Under the pieces are notes generated by a model. It was not told the origin of the DNA and made no database searches. It saw only the letters and a list, made by a program, of their open reading frames with translations. The translations under genes were made by a program, and so were the position numbers. A DNA stretch of 64,000 nucleotides from an uncultured Desulfospira sp. GTDB taxonomy: Bacteria > Desulfobacterota > Desulfobacteria > Desulfobacterales > Desulfobacteraceae. The stretch spans positions 3,800,153 through 3,864,152 of the forward strand of contig OY760175.1 in assembly GCA_963663165.1 (NCBI GenBank), in the 5' to 3' direction. Positions 37,655 through 47,213 of this stretch are shown in pieces. Positions within the stretch are counted from its first letter, which is position 1. Each line of letters begins with the position of its first letter.

Positions 37655-37936
37655 TTATCCCCTCCAGGCGTCTACATCTTTCCAAAAATCCTGAATTAAA
37701 ATTTTTGGAGTTGTAAATTCATACGGCATTTCTTTATCTCCAATATGCTTATGATCCCCTTTGCCTGTTTCACTGTCGTATCGAAGAACACAGAGGCTCT
37801 CTACTATGAACGCCAGGCGATATTTAAAATTATATCTGCTCCCGGAAAGCGGTGTTGGCAGACGCCATACAATCAACTCCACAAAAGATGTTTCCGAGAT
37901 TATATGACGGTCTTTTAATATCAATTCTGCTTTCAT
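37655..37936 (-). CDS. DUF6516/TumE-like toxin-family protein
   Basis: 93 aa. Family-like pattern ...ELIVWRLP...GSRYNFKYRLAFIVESLCVLRYDSETGKGDHKHIGDKE.PYEF. Confidence 0.5.
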   Translation of the reverse strand: MKAELILKDRHIISETSFVELIVWRLPTPLSGSRYNFKYRLAFIVESLCVLRYDSETGKGDHKHIGDKEMPYEFTTPKILIQDFWKDVDAWRG

Positions 37937-38239
37937 GTTGGATATAATACCAACACCTATAGAGTGTTGTCAATGACACCAACATGACATTGTATTATTA
38001 TTCACTCGCCAAAAATTGCTCCCTGAAAATCAGGGTGATGTTCTATAAAATGGGTTCTTGATTTTCAAAACAGACACCCCATATAGTGGCCGAATATTTT
38101 TCAAAAAATCGGACTTATAGACACCGTCAACGTTTTCTGATACCTTATTACCCCTATGAATCTTAGGACTTTTCTCAAATCATCCTAAAAATGACTAACC
38201 GGAATATTTCATGAATTCTCGGGGTACAAAGAAAAAACA

Positions 38240-39313
38240 ATGAATTTTACAATGGACCACTTGCTTTACCTTCTGGCCAAAATCGCACCCAACATCTATC
38301 TTCAAGCCGTTTTAATCATCATTCTGTTTATGTGTGCCGCAAAAACGGTAGATATTTTGATCAACCGCATTTTCAAAAAATGGACAGAAAAAACAAGACT
38401 GGATATTGACGACGATCTCCTTGATATCCTGCATCGACCGGTTTACATCAGTATCATCCTATTCGGCCTCGGCCTTGCCACCCGGCGCATGGAATTTAAA
38501 GAAATCATCAATTTCATCACTATCGGCAGCCTGAAAACCATTGCCCTTGTCTACTGGGCCTTTGCGGCTGCCCGGTTTTTCCGATTGATTCTGAATGTCC
38601 TGAGCAATGACCGGACCCGGTTCAAAATTATCCAGGACCGTACCCTTCCCTTGTTTCAAAATCTTTTGATTATCATTGTCAGTGTCCTTTCCATTTACCT
38701 GATGTTTCTGGTATGGGATATCGATCTGACGGCGTGGGTCGCCTCGGCAGGGATTATTGGTCTTGCTGTGTCCTTTGCGGCCAAGGACACCCTGGCAAAT
38801 CTGTTTTCCGGCGTATTCATCATGGCGGATGCACCATATCAGCTCGGGGACTATATCGTGCTTGAATCCGGTGAAAGAGGGGCCGTCACCAACATCGGAA
38901 TCAGAAGTACCCGTCTTCTGACACGGGATGATATCGAAATCACCGTGCCCAACTCCATCATGGGGAATTCAAAAATTACAAATGAAGCCGGGGGAAGGCA
39001 TGAAAAATACCGGATCAGGGTTAAAGTTGGGGTTTCCTACGGTTCAAACATTGATCAAGTGCATCAGGTCCTGCTGGATATTGCAAAAAATTGCCAGGAT
39101 GTATGTAAATATCCAGCACCACGGGTCAGATTCAGGGCTTTTGGGGATTCAAGCCTTGACCATGAACTGCTCTGCTGGGTGGAGAGACCCGTGATGAGAG
39201 GCCGGGCCCTGCATTTGCTGAACTGTGAAGTTTACAAACGGTTTCAAGAAGAACAGATTGAAATACCGTTTCCCCAGCGTGATATACACATTCATACCGA
39301 TAAACCTGTGTAA
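38240..39313 (+). CDS. Mechanosensitive ion channel (MscS family)
   Basis: 357 aa with N-terminal TM helices. Conserved pore/beta domain AAKDTLANLFSGVFIMADAPYQLGDYIVLESGERGAVTNIGIRSTRL. Confidence 0.9.
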   Translation: MNFTMDHLLYLLAKIAPNIYLQAVLIIILFMCAAKTVDILINRIFKKWTEKTRLDIDDDLLDILHRPVYISIILFGLGLATRRMEFKEIINFITIGSLKTIALVYWAFAAARFFRLILNVLSNDRTRFKIIQDRTLPLFQNLLIIIVSVLSIYLMFLVWDIDLTAWVASAGIIGLAVSFAAKDTLANLFSGVFIMADAPYQLGDYIVLESGERGAVTNIGIRSTRLLTRDDIEITVPNSIMGNSKITNEAGGRHEKYRIRVKVGVSYGSNIDQVHQVLLDIAKNCQDVCKYPAPRVRFRAFGDSSLDHELLCWVERPVMRGRALHLLNCEVYKRFQEEQIEIPFPQRDIHIHTDKPV

Positions 39314-39505
39314 TTCTGATCCGTTATGGGGTGACTATCCGGCGATCTTAAATTTTCAGCCAGGCATACCAGAACGGTGTCTCCCCCCTGTAAAATCGTG
39401 GGCACTGATTTTAGATAGACATCATCAACACGCGGATATTGAACATCTGCGGCTCGCCTGGACCAGGTTGCCCTTTATGGATTCTCTTAAACGGTCTATT
39501 TCGGC

Positions 39506-39540
39506 ATCAAAATGGGGCCGCTAGGAGCATTTTCTGCAAA
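39506..39540 (+). repeat. Second copy of the 35-bp ATCAAAATGGGGCCGCTA... repeat
   Basis: See 28059-28093. Confidence 0.6.
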
Positions 39541-39553
39541 CCATAAAAAAACT

Positions 39554-39705
39554 GTAACTATTCAGCTAATGCTGAAGACTAAGCAACAACAGGGTCCGTA
39601 ACTGTTTATCAGTGTTTCATATTTGTTTAGTCAGGACTTCGTAGCATACTTTTGCTATGTGAGAAGGCCTGAATGAGCGAAGATGGGGCACTGCTGAACA
39701 GTTAC
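39554..39705 (-). mobile_element. 152-bp MITE, copy 2 (inverted relative to copy 1, TSD AAAAAACT)
   Basis: Reverse complement of 37122-37273 with few mismatches. The 8-bp direct repeat AAAAAACT lies at 39546-39553 and 39706-39713. Confidence 0.8.
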
Positions 39706-39777
39706 AAAAAACTTTACCATTTAAAAACAGTTGGCTGCAATGATATGCCAGGTCCGGCCCCATTTGATACCCCCCAT

Positions 39778-39903
39778 TCAATGTCATTAACTTAAGCGTT
39801 AATACAAGAAACTGGAAACAAGAGACAAGAGGGTGAAGCGCCGTTGGCGCCCATTTTATAACCCCTGCGCGCTATGCCAAATTTCTTAAGTTAATGGCAT
39901 TGA
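39778..39903. mobile_element. 126-bp MITE of a second family (19-bp TIR TCAATGYCATTAACTTAAG, TSD CCCCCCAT)
   Basis: TIRs at 39778-39796 and 39885-39903 with 1 mismatch. The 8-bp direct repeat CCCCCCAT abuts both ends (39770-39777 and 39904-39911). Confidence 0.7.
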
Positions 39904-39989
39904 CCCCCCATTTGATACCGATGATGGACGAACGGTGACGGCCTGATAGCCTTCAGTCTTAAACAACCTTCAGCCTTTCCTGAAAACAA

Positions 39990-40030
39990 CTGCGGGCCGA
40001 TCCGGATGATACATCCGATTCGGCCCGCAG
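39990..40030 (-). terminator. Rho-independent terminator downstream of minus-strand dctM
   Basis: A 19-bp imperfect stem CTGCGGGCCGATCCGGATG / CATCCGATTCGGCCCGCAG. On the minus transcript it is followed by TTGTTTT. Confidence 0.65.
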
Positions 40031-40074
40031 CAAGATCAAACCGCTAATGGCTAATAGCTAACAGCTTTTCCCCA

Positions 40075-41385
40075 TCACAACGCATGCTCAGGAAGCCATA
40101 TCACGATGTCCGGGAAGAGCAGCATCAGGATAATTACCGACACGTCAATGATGATAAAGGGCAGCGTGGCCTTATAAATGGTCGCCATGGTGATGTTTTC
40201 CGGCACCACGCCTTTCATGACAAAGAGCAGGAATCCGAACGGCGGGCTTTCCATGGCCACTTCCAGGTTCACCAGCATGATCAGGGCGAACCAGATTTCA
40301 TTGAATCCCAGGGCCTGGACCATGGGCATGAAGATGGGCAGGGTGATGAGCATGATGGAAACCTGCTCCATAAACATGCCAAGGATAAGGATGACCCCCT
40401 GCATGGCGATCATCAGTACCAGGGGCGGCAGGGGAAGTGAGGTAACAACTTCCACCATGCTCGAGGTGGCGCCGGAGTATGCCAGGATCTGGCTGAAGGC
40501 CAGGGAGCCGGTGACGATCAAAAACATCATCACCGTGATTTTCATTGTCCCGGCAAGGGATTTCTTGACCAGGTCCATGTTGAGCCGCCCATAGCAGGCA
40601 GACAGGATAAAGGTGGACAGGGCACCCATGGCGGCAGATTCCGTCGGAGTGGCAATGCCAAGGAAAATCAGGCCGATGACCGAAAAAATAACCACACTTA
40701 ACGGCAGGATGTACTTAACTGTCACCCGCATCTTTTCTTTAAAGGAAACCGGCTCCGGTGTGTAGGAAGGCGCCATCTCGGGCTGAATGATACACCGGCC
40801 GACAATGTAGCCAATATAAAGGACCGCCAGCAGCAGTCCGGGCATGATCCCGCCGATGAGCATCTTGCCAACGGACACATTGGCTATGGCCGCCAGAATA
40901 ACGGCTAGGGCACTGGGCGGTATGATCATGGCCAGGGCCCCGCACATGCAGGAGCCAATGGAAATACAGGGATGATACCCGCGTTTTTCCATATCCGGAA
41001 TCATGATGGACCCCAGCATGGCCGTGGTCCCGATACTGGACCCGCTCAAACAGGAAAACATGGTGCCCGATGCCAGGGCCAGCACCCCCAGACGTCCGGG
41101 CACCCGGCCCAGCCATTTATCCACAACGTCTATGGCCTTTAAGGCCAGCTGCGAGTGAAACAGCACCTCCCCCATGATGACAAACAGCGGCACCGGCAGC
41201 AGGGAAAAGGTCGACACTGAACTGAAGATACTGTCGGCTAGCTGATAAAATCCGACTACCCCGTCCCAGTAAAAATAGGCCCCGACCAGATTGACCACCA
41301 GAAAGCAGAACGCCACAGGCATGCCCGTAACCAGCAATAACATTAGCCCGCCGATAATCAGCGTTAACGCAGTATACCATTCCAT
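40075..41385 (-). CDS. dctM: TRAP transporter large permease (DctM)
   Basis: Start at the ATG at 41385 (MEWYTALTLIIGG...), adjacent to the dctQ stop. 436 aa, clearly paralogous to 22778-24085. Confidence 0.9.
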   Translation of the reverse strand: MEWYTALTLIIGGLMLLLVTGMPVAFCFLVVNLVGAYFYWDGVVGFYQLADSIFSSVSTFSLLPVPLFVIMGEVLFHSQLALKAIDVVDKWLGRVPGRLGVLALASGTMFSCLSGSSIGTTAMLGSIMIPDMEKRGYHPCISIGSCMCGALAMIIPPSALAVILAAIANVSVGKMLIGGIMPGLLLAVLYIGYIVGRCIIQPEMAPSYTPEPVSFKEKMRVTVKYILPLSVVIFSVIGLIFLGIATPTESAAMGALSTFILSACYGRLNMDLVKKSLAGTMKITVMMFLIVTGSLAFSQILAYSGATSSMVEVVTSLPLPPLVLMIAMQGVILILGMFMEQVSIMLITLPIFMPMVQALGFNEIWFALIMLVNLEVAMESPPFGFLLFVMKGVVPENITMATIYKATLPFIIIDVSVIILMLLFPDIVIWLPEHAL

Positions 41386-41386
41386 A

Positions 41387-41950
41387 TCACATAGCCTCCG
41401 TTTCTGATGATGAGAAGGAAGTCCCCTGTTCGTCCTCGTCTGATTGACCATGCTTTGAGCCCCACAGCTCGTTATAAAACTGCCGGAAGGCTTCAATGCA
41501 AAGGAAAAAACTGCCAAAGGGAATCACCCAGACCACCGACCATTTCGGAAGGGTCAGCATTTTGATCATAACGATATCACGCTGGAACAAATCCCATGTG
41601 GCGCCGCAGGTTGAAAGAAAGAGAACCAAAATGGCAATGGCCGCCACAAAAGATGCAAATATTTTGAATTTGCGGGTGATATGGGTAGGGCAAAAGAAAA
41701 ACAGGATATCCACATTAACATGCCCTTTTTCCCTTAAAAGCCAAGGACTTCCCAGAAAGGTAAGATAAACCAGCAGATACTCACACACCTCCATGGCCCA
41801 TCCTGTGGGATTACGAAAAAGGTAGCGCATTACAACATCATAACAAATTAAAAGCATCATAAAGAGTAATATGGCACCGGACACAACGGCCATTGCGTTG
41901 AGTATGCCATCGAACCATCGTCCGGACCTGTTCAGCAGTGTCGTCATCAT
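41387..41950 (-). CDS. dctQ: TRAP transporter small permease (DctQ)
   Basis: 187 aa with 4 TM helices. The position and the CYDVVMRYLFRNP motif parallel 22289-22777. Confidence 0.85.
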   Translation of the reverse strand: MMTTLLNRSGRWFDGILNAMAVVSGAILLFMMLLICYDVVMRYLFRNPTGWAMEVCEYLLVYLTFLGSPWLLREKGHVNVDILFFFCPTHITRKFKIFASFVAAIAILVLFLSTCGATWDLFQRDIVMIKMLTLPKWSVVWVIPFGSFFLCIEAFRQFYNELWGSKHGQSDEDEQGTSFSSSETEAM

Positions 41951-42075
41951 TACCTTCCATTTTCTTTCTTGTTGGGGGATATTCCGGCTGCCTCGCTTAG
42001 GGGTTGCCTAAAGGGACCGGCAGCCGGAGCTTAAACCTTACTTAACGTTTACTTATTTGCTTATTGTTAACTTCC

Positions 42076-43098
42076 TTATTTCTTCAATGGTTTTGAAATC
42101 AATTCTTTGAGCTTGGCGCCGCCCTCAGGGGCTTCTTTAATCACCGTGGCCCAGGTTTCATCATAGGCCATGTTGCTGTATACTTCAGCTTCTTCAGGTG
42201 ACAGATGAACTTCCTGAACACCGGCCGCCTTCATAATTTCCCAGGCATGTTCCTTTTCACGCAGAACCCGGACCGTATCCACCCCCTCAAAGACTTCCAC
42301 ACAATGTTCAAGTATTTCCTGAAGGTCTTTGGGCAGGCTGTTATACTTGGTCAGGTTGACGAGCAAAGCGTTTTCCAGCTGGAACACGCCGGGCAAAATT
42401 TTATACTTGGTCACCTCGTGCCATCCCCAGTCGGGAATCTCAAAATCCGAGGTCCACATATACCCGTCCACAACGCCCCGCTGCATGGCCGTGTAAACAT
42501 CCGTGGGCGGAATGATGATGGGCTTGGCACCCAATTTTTTGATAAACGGGATGTAAAGGGGCATGGCCCGGATTTTCAGGCCTTTGAAATCCTCAAGTTT
42601 TTCTACTTTCTTAGAGGTGTAGATGTTAAAGTCAATAACGGACTGAATGGTGCCGATGTACTTTGCATTGATCTTTTCCTGACAAATTTTATCCCAGATG
42701 TCATGGACCCCTGTCAGCCGTTCCTCCCAGGCCGCCAGCCGGGAAAGGCCTTTTGCCTGAAGTTCGGGCGCAAAGGCTTTAAGATAAGCAAAGGGCGTAT
42801 GCAGAATCATGTCGATGGTGCCCCGCCGGACCGCCTCGCCCTGGTCAAATGACTTGACCACTTCCGGACCGCCCACATAATTGATTTTCAACCGTCCGTC
42901 GGACTGTTTTTCAATCATCTTGATCAGATCGGGCAGGGCCCGGTTGACCATGGCGGTTTTGGGAAAGGCCGTCACCGCCTTGAGCGTAATTGTGTCTGAG
43001 GCCATAGAAGCCCCCGGTGCGGACAACATCGCACCCATTACCATTAGAAGAGCTGCAGCAGGAAGCCAAATCCAGGAATTTCTCATTTTCATGTCCAT
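42076..43098 (-). CDS. dctP: TRAP transporter substrate-binding protein (DctP family)
   Basis: 340 aa with a signal peptide. The ATG at 43092 is better spaced from the AAGGAG RBS. Close paralog of 53406-54419. Confidence 0.88.
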   Translation of the reverse strand: MDMKMRNSWIWLPAAALLMVMGAMLSAPGASMASDTITLKAVTAFPKTAMVNRALPDLIKMIEKQSDGRLKINYVGGPEVVKSFDQGEAVRRGTIDMILHTPFAYLKAFAPELQAKGLSRLAAWEERLTGVHDIWDKICQEKINAKYIGTIQSVIDFNIYTSKKVEKLEDFKGLKIRAMPLYIPFIKKLGAKPIIIPPTDVYTAMQRGVVDGYMWTSDFEIPDWGWHEVTKYKILPGVFQLENALLVNLTKYNSLPKDLQEILEHCVEVFEGVDTVRVLREKEHAWEIMKAAGVQEVHLSPEEAEVYSNMAYDETWATVIKEAPEGGAKLKELISKPLKK

Positions 43099-43191
43099 TC
43101 TCCTTTTCAGTGTTTATGGTTTGGGTTGGCATTAAGACGGATCAAGCACAGCTGAATCCGTTTCCATTTACATTTTGACTCAACACCTGTC

Positions 43192-43286
43192 TTTCAAAAA
43201 AAAATGCAATCCTTACAAATTAAGAGATTGCTTGGGGTTGCAATTTTTTTGCGCCTTGCATCTCGAGCTGCTTTACATCCAAAATT
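43192..43286. repeat. About 90-bp dispersed repeat (copy B)
   Basis: Aligns with 18838-18928. In both places it lies just upstream of a minus-strand gene start. Confidence 0.6.
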
Positions 43287-43342
43287 GGTGGGGCCGGTCA
43301 CATTTTCCCGGCCCCGGTTTTATTCATGTTGGCCAGTAATGG

Positions 43343-44176
43343 TTACTTGGCCAATACAATGGTTCCCATGTTTCTATCAACATCGGTTTTGATATCAATG
43401 GTCTGGGTTTTATAGCCGTCATATTCAACATTGATCTGAAATGTTTTGCCGGCTTCAAGGCCCTTAAATTCAAAATCACCCAGAAAATCCGTTGTGCTGG
43501 TCATTTCGGTGCCGTCGCCTTTAAGGGTTACCTTAACCCCCTGGCTGCAAACATCCTGCTGATCTTCAAGCAGGACTTCGCCCATGACCACCCGCTTGGG
43601 AACATTCCGGTAAACCACGTTGGAATGCAATCCAAATGCGGGATTCAGTTGCTCGGTGGGGGCCGATGCAATGTCCTTTGAAAGCGCGCTGTTGGGATCA
43701 TCAAGGTCACCAAACAAGATGGCGCCGCTCGGACATGCCTCAGCGCATCTGGGCTCTTTTGCGCCCTTTTCGAGTAAATGGACACAAAAGCTGCATTTCT
43801 GGGGAACATCCAGAACCGCATTCCAGGAAATGGCCCGGTAGGGGCAATAGGTCATGATGTCTCTGTTGCCTTTTGCCTTTTCAGGGTCAATCACGACGAT
43901 ACCGTCATCCCGGCGGTAAACCTCTCCGTCTACGGCCTTGGCCACACAAGGAGCATCCTTACACTGAAGGCATGGCATGGCAATGTAATCCACCTTAACC
44001 TTGGGGCAGGTTCCCATTTCTTTTTCCGTGACCTTCATAAAGGGTTTGCTGTCATGGGGAATGGCTAACGAAAAGGGCGGATAATCGTTTCCGGAATATT
44101 CGTCCTTGCATGCCAGAAAGCAATTATAGCAGCCATTGCATTTGTTTACATCTATTCTCATTCCATATTTGGCCAT
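43343..44176 (-). CDS. Transhydroxylase-like Mo enzyme, FeS beta subunit 1 (BthL-like)
   Basis: ATG at 44176 (RBS GGAGGG inside the alpha 3' end) gives MAKYGMRIDVNKCNGCYNCFLACKDE... Three ferredoxin Cys groups. C-terminal TDFLGDFEFKGLEAG beta-sandwich tail. Confidence 0.85.
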   Translation of the reverse strand: MAKYGMRIDVNKCNGCYNCFLACKDEYSGNDYPPFSLAIPHDSKPFMKVTEKEMGTCPKVKVDYIAMPCLQCKDAPCVAKAVDGEVYRRDDGIVVIDPEKAKGNRDIMTYCPYRAISWNAVLDVPQKCSFCVHLLEKGAKEPRCAEACPSGAILFGDLDDPNSALSKDIASAPTEQLNPAFGLHSNVVYRNVPKRVVMGEVLLEDQQDVCSQGVKVTLKGDGTEMTSTTDFLGDFEFKGLEAGKTFQINVEYDGYKTQTIDIKTDVDRNMGTIVLAK

Positions 44177-44180
44177 TGGT

Positions 44181-46697
44181 TTAACCCTCCCATTTTCCAA
44201 TTTCAATCAGACAGGTATTTGGTGTCATCCCCGGTACATTCTGGGACATCATGGTGGATGATGTAAGGATATTGACACATCCGCCCCTGTCTACCGAGTC
44301 TGCTTTGCCGGGTTCCAACGGATCATAATTGGCGGCTGATCCATAGCTGTGAACCACCCCTTCGGGAACCCTTTCGGTAATCACTGCGGCACACAGAACC
44401 GTGCCCCGGTCATTGTAGAGTTTAACGATATCTTCCTGCCGAATTCCGCGTTTGGCGGCATCGGCCGGGTTGATCCTCACCGGCCAGTAGGCATAGCCGT
44501 CCTTTTTGATCCGGTGGGTGGGGATATCATTGAGCCAGTCCGTGTGTTTATCATACATGGTATGGAAACTGAACCGCGGATGGGGGCTGATGATCTGAAG
44601 CGGGTATTTTTCCCGGATGGGGCTCTTATGACCTTCCCAGCTTTCAATGTAATGGGGCACAACAGGCCTTTCCTGGTCATCGGGAAGATTTGCTTTAAGG
44701 CTCTGAGAGGCAAATTCAAACTTTCCGCTGTAGGTACTCAGCTCATTGGCTTTGTCTGTTCCCCGTTTGGGATTCATGGAATCCGGGGTATCGCAGGCGC
44801 GGCCTTCATTGAACCAGCGCAATGCCGGGGTCGCCTTGTAATCATCGGACGGGCTGATAATAATGTAGCCTTTTTTATCAAACTCTTCCCAGCTCATGAT
44901 TTTGGGCAGGTCTGAAATTTCATAATAGGCCTTGGCCCAGTCCATGGTCGTTCTGCCACCGTCGGTATAAAGGTCCTTTTTACCCAGTTTTTCAGAAAGC
45001 GCCGTAAAAATTTCATAGTCAGGCCTTGACTCCCACAGGGGCTCAATGGCTTTTTGCTGGCGGACAATGATCCGGTAGTTGCACCCATTGTTGCCATGGT
45101 TGCTGTAGCCGCCGGCGGCGGCCCATTCTGCCCAGTCATCTCTTTCAAGGGCCGTACAGGCCGGAAAGATGATGTCGGCAAACTTGGTTTCACTGCAGTA
45201 CCAGCAATCCTGGTTAACCACGAATTCCAGGTTCGGGCTCTGGTACATCTTTACCCATTTGCTGGTATCGCTCATGGTCCCGATGAAGCTACCGCCGTAT
45301 CTGTAGAACATCTTTATGTCGGAATACCCTTCCAGGGGATAGGTGAATTTCTGGAACTGCATTTCAAGGTTCTGACCGCAGAAACCGGCACCGGTCCAGG
45401 CATCTTTCTTATTTATAATGGCATCGGGAAGGGTCAGTCTGTAAAGGCGCTGCTTGGTGGGGTTGGTGATCTTGGTCCGGGCGGCTCTGGTAATGGCCAT
45501 CCGGGTGTCGAGATCCGCATATCCGGGAACATAAAAAGAGGTGTCGGCCGGACAGCCCATGGTGGTTCCCCAAATGGAGGTACCGGGTTTGCCAAGTCCC
45601 TGCATGGCTTGAAGAAGAACCATCAGTCTGGCCCACTCCGTTCCGAAAGCAGTTCGGCACGCCCCGCCTTCACCGCCCCTGGTACCGGCGGAAAGGATGG
45701 TCTTTTTGGCAGCCCACTCTTTGGCCAGGGACCGAATCTTTCTGGCGGGAATTCCGGACTCTTCTGAAGCCCACTCAGGGGTTTTGGCCTGGCCGTCTTC
45801 TTTTCCGGTGACGTATTCTTTGAACTCGTCAAACCCCACGGTCCTGTTTTCAACAAAGTCCTTGTCATAGGTATCGTCTTCAATCCAGGTGTAGGCGATG
45901 GCCAGGGCAACCGCGGCGTTTGAATCCGGGTTGGGGGGCAGCCAGGTGCCGTCCATATGAGCTGCGGTATAGTTGAAGTAAGGATCAAGGAAAACCATTT
46001 TAACGCCTTTTTCCTTGAGCCACTGCCGCCAGATAACAGAATCCTGGCCGCAGTAAATGGCATGGGTCGTATCCGGGTCATTGGACCAGAAAACGATCAT
46101 CTCAGCATTCTGCATGGCATCTTCAAGAAGGTCATACTGCTCGGGCATGCCCAGGCGCCAGAAAAATCCCCAGGCATGGGTGGCACCCCAGTGCCAGCCT
46201 TCCCAGGAGTCCGGGTTGTCCAGTACCGGCGTAAATTCCAGCATGTCCATGAAGCGGGGGAAGGGTCCCATTTTATAGCCGACAATACCCCAGTTATGGT
46301 GGGATGATGTGATGCCGGTAATGGCAGATCCGCCGTATTCGCCCTGGATTCTCTTGATCTCATTGGCCGTAATATCCAGCGCCTCTTCCCAGCTGATCCG
46401 TTCGTAGCCGGACTTGCCCCTGTTCTGGGGATTTCTCTCCCCATTGGGATCAAAATCCACTCGTTTCATGGGGTATTTAATTCTGTCAGCGGAATACAGG
46501 CGGGTCCTTTCGGCATGGACAAAAGGCGCCAGGTTTGCCTTTAACGGCGGGCTGTATTTTTTTCCATCGGCCTCAATTGTCCAGGGTTTAAAATCCTCTT
46601 CCTGCATAATCAAAGGCTGAACCCTGGTAACTTTTCCGTCGGTTACCGTTACTGATATTGGCCCTTCATTTGTGCAGCTTGAATAGACTTTTTCCAT
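44181..46697 (-). CDS. Pyrogallol-phloroglucinol transhydroxylase-like Mo enzyme, alpha subunit 1 (AthL-like)
   Basis: 838 aa with no N-terminal Cys cluster and no RR leader. Shows RIKYPMKRVDFDPNGERNPQNRGKSGYERISWEEALD, GITSSHHNWG, DNPDSWEGWHWG and RLGMPEQYDLLEDAMQNAEMIVFWSNDP, as I recall for AthL. Confidence 0.85.
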   Translation of the reverse strand: MEKVYSSCTNEGPISVTVTDGKVTRVQPLIMQEEDFKPWTIEADGKKYSPPLKANLAPFVHAERTRLYSADRIKYPMKRVDFDPNGERNPQNRGKSGYERISWEEALDITANEIKRIQGEYGGSAITGITSSHHNWGIVGYKMGPFPRFMDMLEFTPVLDNPDSWEGWHWGATHAWGFFWRLGMPEQYDLLEDAMQNAEMIVFWSNDPDTTHAIYCGQDSVIWRQWLKEKGVKMVFLDPYFNYTAAHMDGTWLPPNPDSNAAVALAIAYTWIEDDTYDKDFVENRTVGFDEFKEYVTGKEDGQAKTPEWASEESGIPARKIRSLAKEWAAKKTILSAGTRGGEGGACRTAFGTEWARLMVLLQAMQGLGKPGTSIWGTTMGCPADTSFYVPGYADLDTRMAITRAARTKITNPTKQRLYRLTLPDAIINKKDAWTGAGFCGQNLEMQFQKFTYPLEGYSDIKMFYRYGGSFIGTMSDTSKWVKMYQSPNLEFVVNQDCWYCSETKFADIIFPACTALERDDWAEWAAAGGYSNHGNNGCNYRIIVRQQKAIEPLWESRPDYEIFTALSEKLGKKDLYTDGGRTTMDWAKAYYEISDLPKIMSWEEFDKKGYIIISPSDDYKATPALRWFNEGRACDTPDSMNPKRGTDKANELSTYSGKFEFASQSLKANLPDDQERPVVPHYIESWEGHKSPIREKYPLQIISPHPRFSFHTMYDKHTDWLNDIPTHRIKKDGYAYWPVRINPADAAKRGIRQEDIVKLYNDRGTVLCAAVITERVPEGVVHSYGSAANYDPLEPGKADSVDRGGCVNILTSSTMMSQNVPGMTPNTCLIEIGKWEG

Positions 46698-47145
46698 AAC
46701 ATTTCCTTTTAAAAGTCAATTAATATTAATTGGTATAAAATTACCCATAAATGTTAATTTTTTTGCCAATCTATTTTTCTTATGCTAATGATAAGCATTT
46801 TGTCAATAAAAAACCGGCTTATCATTGACATCTTGGTCAAAAAGCCGGGCTTATTTACACATTATCGCTGTGGTGAGACCGTGTTTCCCTTTTTTACAGC
46901 TTTCCCCACAGTACCGGAGGGTACCGGGAAAAGTCGCACAAATTGATTTGGATCTGAACTGATTACGCCTGTAGTATTCCCAGGTAACATAACGCATCCT
47001 TTATAAATAATGCCATTAAAGAAGCATTTACTGTCCCAGCGATTTAGACTGAACCGATCATTATAGATCGAAATAAATATGTCAATATAAAAAAGCCTTT
47101 TTTTTCAAAATTTTATTCAAACTGAAAAAAAAATGGAATTTTATA

Positions 47146-47173
47146 TTGACAGATTTCCTAATATTCGTAGTAT
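47146..47173 (+). promoter_or_regulatory. Candidate sigma70-type promoter for the tandem-Lrp regulator
   Basis: TTGACA (47146-47151), a 16-nt spacer, then TAGTAT (47168-47173), about 40 nt upstream of the ATG at 47214. Confidence 0.35.
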
Positions 47174-47213
47174 CATGGTATAAATTCACTTCTATCAGGA
47201 CAAAAATTAAAAA

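Noticed and set aside
39225-39524. The 99-aa ORF after the MscS gene.
   Set aside because: It overlaps the MscS 3' end out of frame and runs into the 35-bp repeat. No motifs or RBS were seen.
37122-39705. The inverted 152-bp repeats might form a composite transposon carrying the TA pair and MscS.
   Set aside because: Each copy has its own matching 8-bp duplication (TATTCTTT versus AAAAAACT). They are independent MITE insertions, so the outer flanks do not form a shared duplication.
40044-40066. The GCTAATGGCTAATAGCTAACAGC motif, with a similar GCTAA-rich stretch at 53268-53310, as a further repeat family.
   Set aside because: The similarity is short and low-complexity, and I could not establish a consistent unit by eye.
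46296-46307. SSHH might be the Mo-ligating segment, so that its replacement by DGHGE in alphas 2-4 would mean a change of Mo ligand.
   Set aside because: Counting through the AthL sequence as I recall it puts the Mo ligand Ser175 in NPDSWEGW, which is conserved in all four alphas. SSHH corresponds to the substrate-side His144 instead.
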